Numbered from the stretch's first letter, positions 10,281 through 20,628 are shown. The stretch is 64,000 nucleotides of DNA from an uncultured Gemmatimonadales bacterium (GCA_963708135.1 OY970192.1:1696001-1760000); one strand, 5' to 3'. Numbers and translations: made by a program. Notes: generated from the sequence alone by a model not told the origin.

Positions 10281-11401
10281 TCCTCGGCGTGAACGGCCGC
10301 TTCTACGCCGCGCCCGTGACCGGCGTGCAGCGCTTCGCCCGCGAGGTGGCCGGCCGCCTGCTCCGCAGCCATGCGACGGTGCTCTTCCTCCCCGCCGACG
10401 CGCCTCCGCCCGCGGGGCTCGCGCCGGAGACGCGCGTGGTCCTGGGTCGCCTGCGCGGGCACGTTTGGGAGCAGCTCGAGTTGCCAAGCCAGGCCCGCGC
10501 CCTCGGCTGCTCCGTCCTGCTCCACCTCGCGGGGACCGCGCCGCTCGCCCGCACGGGCGACGTCCTCGTGATCCACGATGTGTTGCCGCTCACCGATCCT
10601 GCGTGGTTCGGCCGCCGCTTCCGCGCCTGGCGCCGCCTGGTGCTCCGCCGGGCCGCGCCGCGCGCCGGCCGCATCGTCACGGTGTCCGCGTGGGCGGCGG
10701 ACGAGATCGCGCGCTCGCTGCGGGTCGCGCCGCGTCGCATCACAGTGGCGCCCCAGGGGCTCGCCCCCTTCGACCACCCCGCGCCGGCCGCCGCCGTCGC
10801 GGCGGCGCGTGCGCGCCTCGGCCTCGACGGCCCGTTCCTGCTCGCCATCGGCGCGGCCGATCCGCGCAAGAACCTCCGCTTCCTGGCCCGCGTGCTCCTG
10901 CGCTGGCGCGAGCGCGGCGCCGATCCGCCCCCGCTCGTCGTGGCCGGCGGCGCGCCCGCCCGCCTGTTCGCGGCCGCGGGAGACTGGGCCGCCGGCCTCG
11001 ACGTCCGGACCCTCGGCCGGTTGGACGATGCCACCCTCCACGCCCTCTACACTGCCGCCGCCGCGCTCTGCCACCCCGCGCACGCGGAGGGCTTCGGTCG
11101 GCCCCCACTCGAGGCGCTCGCCTGCGGCACGCCCGCCGTGGTGGCCGACTACGCCTGCGCCCGCGAGGTGCTCGGCGGCGCCGCGTGCATCCTGCCGCTC
11201 GAGCCGGACCGCTGGGTGGACGCCCTCGCGCCGCTCGCCGCCACCGCTCGCGCGGACCGCGCGACGCCGGGCGCCCCCGCCGCGCCGCCCGCGTGCCCGC
11301 TCCCTCCCGCCGCCCGCGCGAGCTGGGATGCCGCCGCCGCCGCCGTCCTCGACGCCTGCCGCGCCGCCGCCGCGGAGCGGCTCGGGAACGGGAGGCCGTG
11401 A
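10277..11401 (+). CDS. Glycosyltransferase family 4 (mannosyltransferase-like)
   Basis: TGVQRFA, WEQLELP, PRKNL, EGFGRPPLEALACG. Confidence 0.9.
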   Translation: MILGVNGRFYAAPVTGVQRFAREVAGRLLRSHATVLFLPADAPPPAGLAPETRVVLGRLRGHVWEQLELPSQARALGCSVLLHLAGTAPLARTGDVLVIHDVLPLTDPAWFGRRFRAWRRLVLRRAAPRAGRIVTVSAWAADEIARSLRVAPRRITVAPQGLAPFDHPAPAAAVAAARARLGLDGPFLLAIGAADPRKNLRFLARVLLRWRERGADPPPLVVAGGAPARLFAAAGDWAAGLDVRTLGRLDDATLHALYTAAAALCHPAHAEGFGRPPLEALACGTPAVVADYACAREVLGGAACILPLEPDRWVDALAPLAATARADRATPGAPAAPPACPLPPAARASWDAAAAAVLDACRAAAAERLGNGRP

Positions 11402-12618
11402 TGCGCGTGGCCCTCGTGCACGACTGGCTGACCGGCATGCGCGGCGGGGAGCGCGTTCTCGAGGCGCTGATCTCGCTCTTCCCCGCGAGCGAGATCTTCA
11501 CGCTCTTCCACCTGCCCGGCAGCGTCTCCGCGGCGATCGAGGCGAGGCCGATCCACACCTCCTTCCTCCAGGCCGCGCCGGGCCTCGCGCGCGGATACCG
11601 CCGCTGGCTGCCGCTCTTCCCGCTCGCCGCCCGCGCGCTCCCCATCGAGGGCTTCGACCTGGTCGTTTCGAGCAGCCACTGCGTGGCCGCCGCCGTCCGG
11701 ACCGGCGGCACCCCGCACCTCTGCTACTGCCACACGCCGATGCGCTACGCCTGGGAGCCGATCGACCCCTACCTCCCATCACGCGGCCGCCGCGCCCTGC
11801 GTCCCGCCGCCAGCCTTGCCTCGGCCGCGCTGCGCCGCTGGGATGCCGCGGCCGCGCGCGGGGTGGACGCCTTCATCGCCAACTCCGCGAACGTACGCGA
11901 GCGGATCCACCGCGCCTACGGCCGCGCCGCCGCCGTGGTCCACCCGGGCGTGGAGCTCGGCCGCTTCGCCGCGCCGCGTGCGCCGGAGGACTTCTACCTC
12001 GTGCTCGGCGCGCTCGTCCCGTACAAGCGCGTGGACCTCGCCATCCGGGCGTGCGCCCTGCTCGGGCGCCGCCTGCTCGTGGCCGGCGTCGGCCCCCACG
12101 AGAAGCGCCTGCGCGCCATGGCCGGCCCCGGGACGGAGCTCCTCGGCCGCGTCTCCGACCTCGAGGCCGCGGACCTCTACGCCCGCTGCCGCGCACTGCT
12201 CCTCCCGGGCGTGGAGGACTTCGGCATCACGCCCGTCGAGGCCCACGCCGCCGGCGCGCCCGTCCTGGCCCTCGCCGCGGGCGGCGCCCTCGAGACCGTG
12301 GCCGGCCCCGTGCTGGACGCCGCCGGCCGCGTCCTGCGTGTCCACGACCCCGCCGGCTCCGGACCCACCGGCGTGCTGTTCGACCAGCCGGCGCCCGCGG
12401 CGCTGGCCGCCGCCATCCTCGCCGCCGAGCGCATGCGCTTCCCGGAGGCGACGCTGCGCGCGAGCGCCGCCCGCTTCTCTCCCGCCCGCTTCGCCGCCGG
12501 GATCCTCGCGGCCGTGGACCGGCTCGTGGAAGCGGCCCCCGAGCGGCGCGATGGCAGGGCACGGCCACGGCCGGCCACGACCGGCGGCAGGGACGGCCTC
12601 GCGGCGGGGGCCGCATGA
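11401..12618 (+). CDS. Glycosyltransferase family 4 (WbaZ-like)
   Basis: MRVALVHDWLTGMRGGERV, CYCHTPMRYAW, EDFGITPVEA. Confidence 0.9.
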   Translation: MRVALVHDWLTGMRGGERVLEALISLFPASEIFTLFHLPGSVSAAIEARPIHTSFLQAAPGLARGYRRWLPLFPLAARALPIEGFDLVVSSSHCVAAAVRTGGTPHLCYCHTPMRYAWEPIDPYLPSRGRRALRPAASLASAALRRWDAAAARGVDAFIANSANVRERIHRAYGRAAAVVHPGVELGRFAAPRAPEDFYLVLGALVPYKRVDLAIRACALLGRRLLVAGVGPHEKRLRAMAGPGTELLGRVSDLEAADLYARCRALLLPGVEDFGITPVEAHAAGAPVLALAAGGALETVAGPVLDAAGRVLRVHDPAGSGPTGVLFDQPAPAALAAAILAAERMRFPEATLRASAARFSPARFAAGILAAVDRLVEAAPERRDGRARPRPATTGGRDGLAAGAA

Positions 12619-13757
12619 GACCGCTGCGCGTGGTCCACGTGGGCTGCGAGCTCGATCGCGACCGCCGGGGAGGCGTGGACCTCCTCGAGGCGTGGCCCAC
12701 GCTGCCCGCGGTGGCGGTGGCCGTGAGGGACGCGGGCGTGGAGGTGTCCGTGGTCCAGGCGGCGCATCGCGACGGGATCGTTCGGCGCGGCGGCGTCGTC
12801 TTCCACTTCGTGGCCGAGCCGGCGCTCTGCCGAATTCCGGGCACCCGCGGCGCGGCGGGACGCCTCCCGCTCCGGCTGGCCCGGACGGTGGCCCGGCTGC
12901 GTCCGGATCTGCTCCACCTCCACGGCCTGGCCTTCCCGCTCCACGCCGCGCTGCTCGCCCGCCTCGGCGTGCCGCTGCTCGCGCAGGATCACGCCGACCG
13001 GCCGCCACGCCGCTGGCGCGCCGTACACCGGCGCGGCCACGCGCGCCTGTCCGCCGCCGCGTTCACTGCCCGCGAACAGGCCGACCCCTTCTTCGACGCG
13101 GGGCTCCTCGCACCCGGGACGCCGGTGCTCGAGATCCCGGAATCCTCCAGCGCCTTCACGGCCGGCAGCCGGCGGGCGAGCCGCGCCGCGGCCGGCCTCC
13201 ACGGCGATCCGGCCGTGCTCTGGATCGGCCGGCTCGACGCCGACAAGGACCCGCTCACCGCGCTGGCCGCCTTCCGCCTCGCCGCGCCGCTGCTCCCCGA
13301 TGCACACCTCTGGTGCTGCTTCGGCGCGGAGTCGCTGCTGCCGGCCGTGTGCGCGCGCGTCGCCGCCGATCCCGTCCTCGGCGCCCGCGTCCACCTGCTC
13401 GGCCGCGTGCCGCCCGAGAACGTCGAGATGCTCTGCCGGGCGGCCGACCTGTTCCTCACGACCAGCCGGCGCGAGAGCGCGGGCTATGCGCTGCTCGAGG
13501 CGCTCGCCTGCGGCTGCGCCCCCGTCGCGAGCGACATCCCGGCCGTACGCGCCCTCACCGGCCGCGGCAGAATCGGCTGGCTCGCGCCCGCCGGAGATGC
13601 GCCCGCCTTCGCCCGGGCGCTCCTCGCCGCCGCGACCGCGGACCGCTGCGCGTGCCGCCGCCTCGTGCTCGACCACTTCGCGCACCGCCTCTCGTTCTCC
13701 GCCCTCGGCGCGAGCCTCGCCGCTGCCTACGAGGATCTCGCGGGAGCCCACCGATGA
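12615..13757 (+). CDS. Glycosyltransferase family 4
   Basis: ATGA overlap; GRLDADKD, ESAGYALLEALACG. Confidence 0.85.
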   Translation: MRPLRVVHVGCELDRDRRGGVDLLEAWPTLPAVAVAVRDAGVEVSVVQAAHRDGIVRRGGVVFHFVAEPALCRIPGTRGAAGRLPLRLARTVARLRPDLLHLHGLAFPLHAALLARLGVPLLAQDHADRPPRRWRAVHRRGHARLSAAAFTAREQADPFFDAGLLAPGTPVLEIPESSSAFTAGSRRASRAAAGLHGDPAVLWIGRLDADKDPLTALAAFRLAAPLLPDAHLWCCFGAESLLPAVCARVAADPVLGARVHLLGRVPPENVEMLCRAADLFLTTSRRESAGYALLEALACGCAPVASDIPAVRALTGRGRIGWLAPAGDAPAFARALLAAATADRCACRRLVLDHFAHRLSFSALGASLAAAYEDLAGAHR

Positions 13758-14887
13758 AGGTCGCCCTGCTCGTGCCCGGCGGCGTGGACCGCGGCGGGAC
13801 CCACCGCGTCATCCCCTGCCTGCTCTGGCTGATCGAGCGCCTCGCAGCCGCCGGGATCGAGCTCCACGTCTTCGCCCACGCCCAGGAGCCCCGCCCGGGG
13901 CACTGGATGCTGCTCGGCGCCCGCGTCCACAACGCCGGCCGGCGCCCCAGGCGGCTGCGTATGCTCGCGGACATCCTGGCCGAGCACCGGCGCGCACCCT
14001 TCGACGTGCTGCACGCCGTCTGGGCGGCGCCCTCCGGCACCGTGGCCGGCCTCGCCCGGGCGCTCACCGGCGTCCCCGTCCTGCTGCACCTCACCGGCGG
14101 GGATCTCGCCGACCTGCCGGAGATCGGCTACGGCGTGCGCGCACGGCTGCGCGGACGTGCCTGGCTCCGCCTCGCCGTCGCGGGCGCCGACCGCATCACG
14201 GTCCCCAGCGGCTTCATGCTCCGCCGCGCCGGCGAGCTCGGCATCCCCGCCCGCACGCTCACGTACGGCGTCGCACTCGACCGCTGGCCGCCCCTGCCGC
14301 CGCGCCGGCGAGCGCCGTTCGCCCCTGCCCGTATCCTCCACGTGGCCAGCCTCAACCGCGTCAAGGACCAGGAGACGCTGCTCCGCGCCGCCGCCGAGCT
14401 GCGCACCCGCGGCATCGATTTCCACCTCGATATCGTCGGCGAGGACACCCTCGGCGGGGAGGTACAGCGGCGGTGCGCGGCGCTCGGCCTGGCGGACCGC
14501 ACCACCTTCCACGGGTTCCTTCCGCACACAGCCCTCCGGCCCCTCGTGGAGGCCGCTGACCTGCTGCTCCTCTCTTCCCGCCACGAGGCCGACCCGATCG
14601 CGCTGCTCGAGGCGGCCGTCGCCGGCGTGCCCGCCGTCGGCACCGCCGTCGGCCATCTCGCCGACTGGGCGCCCGACGCCGCCCTCGCCGCGCCGCTCGG
14701 CGACGCGCCCGCCCTAGCCGCCGCCGCCGCCGCGCTGCTGCGCTGCGAGGACCGCCGCCTCGCCATTGCCGCCGCCGCCCAGCGCCGCGCCCGCGCCGTC
14801 GATGCCGACCATACCTTCGCCCAGGTCCTGGACGCCTACATCCGCCTCGCCCGCACTCGAACCCGCGCCTCCGCGCCCCGCCAATGA
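13754..14887 (+). CDS. Glycosyltransferase family 4
   Basis: ATGA overlap; ASLNRVKD, EADPIALLEAAVAG. Confidence 0.85.
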   Translation: MKVALLVPGGVDRGGTHRVIPCLLWLIERLAAAGIELHVFAHAQEPRPGHWMLLGARVHNAGRRPRRLRMLADILAEHRRAPFDVLHAVWAAPSGTVAGLARALTGVPVLLHLTGGDLADLPEIGYGVRARLRGRAWLRLAVAGADRITVPSGFMLRRAGELGIPARTLTYGVALDRWPPLPPRRRAPFAPARILHVASLNRVKDQETLLRAAAELRTRGIDFHLDIVGEDTLGGEVQRRCAALGLADRTTFHGFLPHTALRPLVEAADLLLLSSRHEADPIALLEAAVAGVPAVGTAVGHLADWAPDAALAAPLGDAPALAAAAAALLRCEDRRLAIAAAAQRRARAVDADHTFAQVLDAYIRLARTRTRASAPRQ

Positions 14888-15127
14888 AATCACGGTGCTT
14901 TTACGCCCCCGCCCTTCTGTCCCGGCCGGACGGCGCCCCGACGCCGGACCATCCCGCCACGCTCCGGACCACGTGCCGAGCCGGCATCGACCCGGCTCGC
15001 GCCTGCGGACCCCGCCTCGACTACGGCCTTCTCTTCCTCCGCATCGTCCTCGGCGTCGGCACCGCCCGCGACGCCGACCCCTTCCTCCATCCGCGCTGAC
15101 CCGCCCGGCCGCCCACCCCTCCGCGCC

Positions 15128-15153
15128 GGAACCCTTTCCGCCCGCCGGTGGTT
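15128..15153 (+). promoter_or_regulatory. Putative ECF-sigma promoter GGAAC-N18-GTT upstream of the sigma-54 activator
   Basis: GGAACCctttccgcccgccggtgGTT matches SigR/SigH-type spacing; same spacing recurs at 22653-22721. Confidence 0.45.
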
Positions 15154-15245
15154 GTATCAATTCGGGACACCATGAAACCTTCGAATGTGCGAGGCCGGCC
15201 GCTCCCCCGACGCGAGCCCACGGTCCGGCGCAGAAGGAGATCCCC

Positions 15246-16580
15246 CTGGCAGCTCCAGTGCTCGCCGTTCTCGCGAGAACCGACGCGTTCGAGCGTGTCT
15301 GGCAGGGCCTTGCCGAATCCTCCGGCGGCCGCCTCTGCCTCGCGGCGAGCGCGGACGAGCTGCCGCCCGCGGGCGAGGCCGCGGGCACGATCGTAGGCGT
15401 GGCCGGGGAGGAGTCCTGCGCGGCGGAGGCGGTGGGCGAGGCCCGCGCGCGCGGGGCGACGGAGATCGTGGTGGTTGGCGCCGCCACGGAACACCGGCCG
15501 GCCGTGGCGGCCATCCGCGCCGGCGCCTCCAACTACTTCGTCCTGCCCGCGGAGCTCGAGGCGCTGCGCGCCTGGTGCGCCGAGCGGGTCGAGCGCGTCC
15601 GCGGGCGCGAGCGCGTGGCCGCCCTCGCCGCCCGCGAGCGCTCCAGGTACGACTTCTCGCAGCTCATCGGGGAGAGCCCCGCCCTGCGCGAGGCCCTCGA
15701 CCGCGCCGCCAGCATCATCGACCGCGGCAGCGCCACCATCCTCATCACCGGCGAGACCGGCACCGGCAAGGAGCTCCTCGCCCAGGCGATCCACTACAAC
15801 GGGCCCCGCGCCTCGCAGCCCTTCGTCGAGATCAACTGCACCGCGCTCCCCGCCACCCTGCTCGAGGCCGAGCTCTTCGGCTACGAGAAGGGCGCCTTCA
15901 CCGACGCACGCGCCGCCAAGCCCGGCCTCTTCGAGGCGGCCGACGGCGGCACCCTCTTCCTGGACGAGATCGGCGACCTCTCCCTCGAGCTCCAGGCCAA
16001 GCTCCTCAAGGTGCTCGAGGACCGGGAGGTCCGCCGCCTCGGAAGCCTCCGCAGCCGCCGCGTCGATGTCCGCCTGGTCACCGCCACGCATCGCGACATC
16101 CACGCCGCCGTCCACGAGGGCGGCTTCCGGCAGGACCTCTTCTTCCGCCTCGCCGTCATCCCGATACACCTTCCGCCGCTCCGCGACCGCGGCGACGATG
16201 TGATCCTGCTGGCCCGGCACTTCGTCGATCGCTTCGCCACCGAGTACGACCTCGACCGCCCCGCCATCACCCCCGCCCTCGCCGCCATCCTGCGCGCCCA
16301 CCCATGGCCCGGCAACGTGCGCGAGCTCCGCAACGCCATCGAGCGCGCCATCCTCCTCGGCCGCGGCCGCATCCAGCCCGAGCACCTCTTCATGGAGGGG
16401 GCGACGACTCCCGCCGCCCACGCCGACGCCGTCCTCCCCTTCCCGGCCACCCTCGACCGCATCGACGCCGCAGCCGCCCGCGCCATGCTCGACCACTGCG
16501 AGGGCAACAAGCGCGCGGCCGCCCAGGCCCTCGCCATCAGCCGCTCCCGTCTCTACCGCCTCCTCGAGCGCCCGGAGTAG
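15246..16580 (+). CDS. Sigma-54-dependent enhancer-binding protein (degenerate REC, AAA+, Fis HTH)
   Basis: GETGTGKE, ELFGYEKGAFTDA, FLDEI, WPGNVREL, LAISRSRLYR. Start uncertain (AAGGAG then CTG 15246, or GTG 15258). Confidence 0.92.
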   Translation: MAAPVLAVLARTDAFERVWQGLAESSGGRLCLAASADELPPAGEAAGTIVGVAGEESCAAEAVGEARARGATEIVVVGAATEHRPAVAAIRAGASNYFVLPAELEALRAWCAERVERVRGRERVAALAARERSRYDFSQLIGESPALREALDRAASIIDRGSATILITGETGTGKELLAQAIHYNGPRASQPFVEINCTALPATLLEAELFGYEKGAFTDARAAKPGLFEAADGGTLFLDEIGDLSLELQAKLLKVLEDREVRRLGSLRSRRVDVRLVTATHRDIHAAVHEGGFRQDLFFRLAVIPIHLPPLRDRGDDVILLARHFVDRFATEYDLDRPAITPALAAILRAHPWPGNVRELRNAIERAILLGRGRIQPEHLFMEGATTPAAHADAVLPFPATLDRIDAAAARAMLDHCEGNKRAAAQALAISRSRLYRLLERPE

Positions 16581-16636
16581 TGGACCGCATCGGGTCGGCG
16601 ATCCGCGCCCTGCATGATGCTTCCGGACCCGTCTCC

Positions 16637-16734
16637 GGTGTCTCGCAGCGGGACACCTGTCCTGTCACGGGGCACGAGGTAGTCAGTATAACTTGTTGTG
16701 TTGCATTGTGTTAGCCGCCGGAACGGTGGTTGCT
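16637..16734 (+). promoter_or_regulatory. Sigma-54 promoter with two UAS palindromes and an IHF-like site
   Basis: CGGAACGGTGGTTGCT at 16719-16734 (GG-N10-GC, TTGC); TGTC-N9-GACA at 16639-16655 and TGTC-N9-GGCA at 16658-16674; AT-rich tract with CAA-N4-TTA (minus strand) at 16687-16713. Confidence 0.75.
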
Positions 16735-16779
16735 TCTCAACCGCTCCGCATTCGCGCACACCCCGGCATGGAGCTCCGT

Positions 16780-17397
16780 ATGCGACGACTACTTCCCGCC
16801 CTGATCGCCCTGCTCGCCGCCTGTGAGCCGCTCACCGGGCCGGCCGGGCAGGGGCCGGGCGGATCCCTGGACAACACGACGGGCGGGCCGATCGTGGCGC
16901 CGCTCGACTCGGCCTACGTCCCGCTGGTGCCGGGGGACACGAGCGTCTGGGCGGTGAAGGGCCGCGCCCTGAGCATCGTCCTGCGCTTCCGCGGCACGGC
17001 GCCGGGGACGCAGGGAGACACGCTCGCGGAGCTCGTGCTCTCGGCGGGCTCGCTGCTCCGGCGCCCGGACGGGTCGGCGCTGGCGGACGGGGACTCGGTG
17101 CGGATCACGATCCATCCGGACGCGTCGCTGATGAAGTTCACGTTCGGTCCGTCCGGGCTCGCATTCGATCCGGAGGCGCCGGCAATGATGCACATGTGGT
17201 GCACGCACGCGGCCGCGGACCTGAACGGCGACGGCACGGTGAACTCGACGGACGAGCAGCTCTGGTACCGGATGAAGATCTGGGAGCGGGAGACGGACAC
17301 GGAGCCGTGGTCGTCGCTCACGACGACGCGGTCGCCGGACGGGCTGCGGCTGGAGGCGCCGGTCACGGGCTTCACGTCCTTCTCCGTAGCGAGCTGA
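16780..17397 (+). CDS. Hypothetical lipoprotein with EF-hand/dockerin-like loop
   Basis: MRRLLPALIALLAAC lipobox; DLNGDGTVNSTDE at 17218-17256; alternative start 16768. Confidence 0.75.
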   Translation: MRRLLPALIALLAACEPLTGPAGQGPGGSLDNTTGGPIVAPLDSAYVPLVPGDTSVWAVKGRALSIVLRFRGTAPGTQGDTLAELVLSAGSLLRRPDGSALADGDSVRITIHPDASLMKFTFGPSGLAFDPEAPAMMHMWCTHAAADLNGDGTVNSTDEQLWYRMKIWERETDTEPWSSLTTTRSPDGLRLEAPVTGFTSFSVAS

Positions 17398-17407
17398 GCG
17401 GACGGCC

Positions 17408-18418
17408 GTGGCCGACCACGCCTCCTCCGCCACCCTCCTGGAGCGGGCACGCGCGCTCCAGGCGGAGCGGGACTTTCCCGCGCTCGCGGCGCTGCTCGCT
17501 CCGATCGAGCGGGAGACGCTGCGCGCCGAGCCGGAGCTCGGGCTGCTGCTGGCGGAGGCGTGGCGGCGGGGGGGCGAGCGTGACGCGGCGCTCGCGCTGG
17601 TGCGGGAGCTCGAGCCGCTGTGCCGGTGGCGTGGCAACGACCGCCTCTACCGCGGGCGCGCGAACCTCGAGGGGATCCTGCTGTTCGAGCGCGGGGATGT
17701 GGCGGGCGCGGAGGCGCAGTGGTGTCACCTGGTGGATGCCGCCGCCGAGGGCGGCGACGACGAGTTCTCCGCGCGCGCCAACCAGAACCTCGGGATCATC
17801 TACACCCTGACGGACCGGCGCGAGCAGGCGCTCGCCAGCCAGGAGCGGGCGATCATCGCCTACCAGCGCCTCGGCCATCTGCGCGGGCTCGCCCAGGCAC
17901 ACAACAACCTGGCCATCAGCTACCGCGAGATCGGCTTCTGGCCGGAGGCCGACCAGGCCTTCCGCCAGGCGCGCGGCTACGCCCGCGCGGACGGCAGCGA
18001 GGACGAGCTCGGCCGCATCGAGCTCGAGTCCTCGCTGCTCGCCGCCATGCGTGGGGACGGCGAGCTCGGCGCGGTCACGGCCGAGCGCGCCCTGGGCCGC
18101 TTCCGGCGGCTGAGGGAGCCGGCGGGCGTGGCGGAGGCGCTGCGGGTGCTGGGCGTCGTCGCCTTGTGGGGTGGCCGGCCCGACGAGGCGGCCAGCCGGC
18201 TCGGAGAAGCCCTCGAGGCCGCGCGCCGCCTGCACCTCCGGCTGCTGGAGGCGGAGACCCTCGAGGCGCTGGCCGCCCTCGCCGCGCAGCGCGACGGGGA
18301 AGCGGAGGCCGCCCGCCTGCGCGCGCAGGCGGAGGCGCTGTTCGCCGAGCTCGGCGCCGTCCAGTGGGGGGTCAGGATCCGGGCGCAGCTCAACGAGCAC
18401 ATGAACGCCGAGCGCTGA
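17408..18418 (+). CDS. Tetratricopeptide repeat protein
   Basis: Repeated NLG/NNLA...Y TPR helices throughout. Confidence 0.8.
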   Translation: MADHASSATLLERARALQAERDFPALAALLAPIERETLRAEPELGLLLAEAWRRGGERDAALALVRELEPLCRWRGNDRLYRGRANLEGILLFERGDVAGAEAQWCHLVDAAAEGGDDEFSARANQNLGIIYTLTDRREQALASQERAIIAYQRLGHLRGLAQAHNNLAISYREIGFWPEADQAFRQARGYARADGSEDELGRIELESSLLAAMRGDGELGAVTAERALGRFRRLREPAGVAEALRVLGVVALWGGRPDEAASRLGEALEAARRLHLRLLEAETLEALAALAAQRDGEAEAARLRAQAEALFAELGAVQWGVRIRAQLNEHMNAER

Positions 18419-18419
18419 C

Positions 18420-19088
18420 ATGCCGGACGCGACGAACGAGTCACTCAGCGGAAGGGATGCGGAACCGATGACACCGCCAGTGGGCATGATCGAAGCGGAG
18501 CCCGAGCTCTCCAGGGCGGGCTTCGAGGAGGAGGCGCTTCCCTGCCTGGATGCCGTCTACCGTTTCTCGCTCCGCCTCACCGGCGGCAACGAGGACGAGG
18601 CGGAGGATCTCGTGCAGGAGACGTTCCTGCGGGCGTACCGCGCGTGGAGCACCTACTCGCGCGGGACGAAGGTGCTCTCGTGGCTCTTTACGATCTGCCG
18701 CCACGTGGCCGTGCGCCGGAGCGAGCGGCGCGGCTACCAGTCCGAGCGCACCACGTCCGAGCTGGGCCTCGACGGCATCGAGGCGCTCAGCGCGCTCGGC
18801 CCCGTCTCCCCGTGGGACGCGGCCAACGCGATCTTCGATGGGATGGTCGATGTCGAGGTGATGCGGGCGATCGACGAGCTGCCGCCCGAGTACCGGGCGG
18901 CCGTCGTGCTGAGCGATCTGCACGACCTCCGCTACCACGAGATCGCCGAGGTGCTCGGCGTCCCGACGGGCACCGTGAAGAGCCGCATCCACCGCGGCCG
19001 CAGGCTGCTCCAGCGCAAGCTCTACGACTTCGCCGTCGAGCAGGGCTACGTCGACCTGCGGAAGGGCGTGGAGAGGCGGGCGAGCTGA
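18420..19088 (+). CDS. ECF RNA polymerase sigma factor (SigR/SigH-like)
   Basis: AEDLVQETFLRAYRAW (region 2), YHEIAEVLGVPTGTVKSRIHRGRR (region 4); alternative start 18468. Confidence 0.93.
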   Translation: MPDATNESLSGRDAEPMTPPVGMIEAEPELSRAGFEEEALPCLDAVYRFSLRLTGGNEDEAEDLVQETFLRAYRAWSTYSRGTKVLSWLFTICRHVAVRRSERRGYQSERTTSELGLDGIEALSALGPVSPWDAANAIFDGMVDVEVMRAIDELPPEYRAAVVLSDLHDLRYHEIAEVLGVPTGTVKSRIHRGRRLLQRKLYDFAVEQGYVDLRKGVERRAS

Positions 19089-19306
19089 TGCCGGCCCGCC
19101 CCGGCCAGAGGCAGGAGGTGGGTGGGGCTACCTCTTCTCCCCTCTTCCAATGAGGCCGCGCCCGCGATCAATGAGGACGCCCCAGAGGCGGTGAAAGCGG
19201 CCAGGGAGTGAAATTCGGATTGTTGAGATACGGCGCATGCGTTATGGAATCCGGCACGCCGTGGCGCTCCCACTGCACGCCGCGGAACGCGTAGAGCAGC
19301 GAGAAC

Positions 19307-20628
19307 CAGTACTGTCCGGTTAAGCTGAGATGATGATGCCGTAACGGATTGCTACGTGGTGCGTTACGACGTTTTGGTTGCCGCACCGATTTGAACTTCG
19401 CTGCTGCGCCGCTATCCTGCCCGGACCCCCCGGCCGGAGTGGCGCATGAATCCCGGAAGCACGGTTTTCTCACAGGTGATGGCCCACGCATCTCGCTTCG
19501 CGCTCGATCGGTGCATCCGCCGCTACCACGGCAACCGGAGGGTCCGACGTTTCTCGTGTCGGGACCAGTTCCTCGCCATGGCCTTTGCCCAGCTCACCTA
19601 CCGGGAGAGCCTGCGGGACCTCGAGGCCATCCTCGGGGCGGCCCCCGAGAAGCTGTACCATCTTGGCTTCCGTTCGCCGCTCTCTCGCAGCACGCTCGCC
19701 GATGCGAACGAGAATCGCGACTGGCGCATCTACGCCGATTTCGCTCAACGCCTGATCGCAGACGCGCGTCGGCTCTACGCCGACGACACGTTGGGGATCG
19801 AGCTCACGAACACCGTCTACGCGCTGGATTCCACCACGATCGACCTGTGTTTGTCGCTGTTCCCCTGGGCCTCGTTTCGTACGAGCAAAGGCGGCGTGAA
19901 GCTGCATACACTGCTCGACTTGGCAGGCAGGATCCCCGCCTACGCCTGGATCACGGACGCGAGCACCCACGATGTGCGCATCCTCGATGCGCTCATCCCG
20001 GAGCCCGGATCGATCTACGTCCTGGACCGCGGCTACGTCGACTTCGCCCGGCTCTACCGACTCGATCAGCACCGGGCCACCTTCGTCGTTCGCGCCAAGG
20101 CAAACCTCAAGTTCAACCGGCTCTCCTCAGGACCCGTCGATCGCACCACCGGCGTCTTCTGTGATCAGATCATCCGCCTTGCGCTGCCCCCGTCTGCCAG
20201 GGCCTATCCCGACCGGCTTCGCCGCGTGCGTTTCAAGGACGCAGGGTCCGGGCAGGACCTCGTCCTTCTGACCAACAACGTCGCGCTGCCCGCCGTTACC
20301 GTGGCCGAGCTCTACCGCCTGCGGTGGCAGATCGAGCTCTTCTTCAAATGGATCAAGCAGCACCTCAGGATCAAGCGCTTCTTCGGCACGAGCGCGAACG
20401 CTGTGCGCACGCAGATCTGGATCGCGATCAGCGTTTACGTCCTCGTCGCGATCGTCCGCAAGCGGCTCCGGATCGAGCGCGAACTCTACACAATTCTACA
20501 GATCCTGAGCGTCTATGCGTTCGAGAAAGCCCCTCTCGCACAAGTACTTACGCGTTCGGCCTACACCCCCGAAGTCCCCTCCGATCGTAACCAGTTGTCG
20601 CTCTTCAACTTATAACCGGACACTACTG
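19307..20628 (+). mobile_element. IS4-family insertion sequence, 1322 bp, with TIRs and 9-bp target duplication
   Basis: IRL CAGTACTGTCCGGTT at 19307; IRR AACCGGACACTACTG ending 20628; AGCGAGAAC at 19298-19306 and 20629-20637. Confidence 0.95.
19446..20615 (+). CDS. IS4-family DDE transposase (DUF4372 + DDE_Tnp_1)
   Basis: QLTYRESLRD, ALDSTTIDL, VLDRGYVDF, YRLRWQIELFFKWIKQHL (Y-R-E-K signature). Confidence 0.95.
   Translation: MNPGSTVFSQVMAHASRFALDRCIRRYHGNRRVRRFSCRDQFLAMAFAQLTYRESLRDLEAILGAAPEKLYHLGFRSPLSRSTLADANENRDWRIYADFAQRLIADARRLYADDTLGIELTNTVYALDSTTIDLCLSLFPWASFRTSKGGVKLHTLLDLAGRIPAYAWITDASTHDVRILDALIPEPGSIYVLDRGYVDFARLYRLDQHRATFVVRAKANLKFNRLSSGPVDRTTGVFCDQIIRLALPPSARAYPDRLRRVRFKDAGSGQDLVLLTNNVALPAVTVAELYRLRWQIELFFKWIKQHLRIKRFFGTSANAVRTQIWIAISVYVLVAIVRKRLRIERELYTILQILSVYAFEKAPLAQVLTRSAYTPEVPSDRNQLSLFNL

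Noticed and set aside
6804..14887. Apparent 1000+ aa fusion proteins (6804.., 8153.., 10578.., 11816..)
   Set aside because: The N-terminal halves are off-frame overlaps of the preceding gene; true starts are at ATGA/GTGA overlaps.
15880..15910. GAFTDA instead of GAFTGA as a sign of a sigma-54-independent activator
   Set aside because: GAFTDA is a common variant, and a good sigma-54 promoter lies directly downstream.
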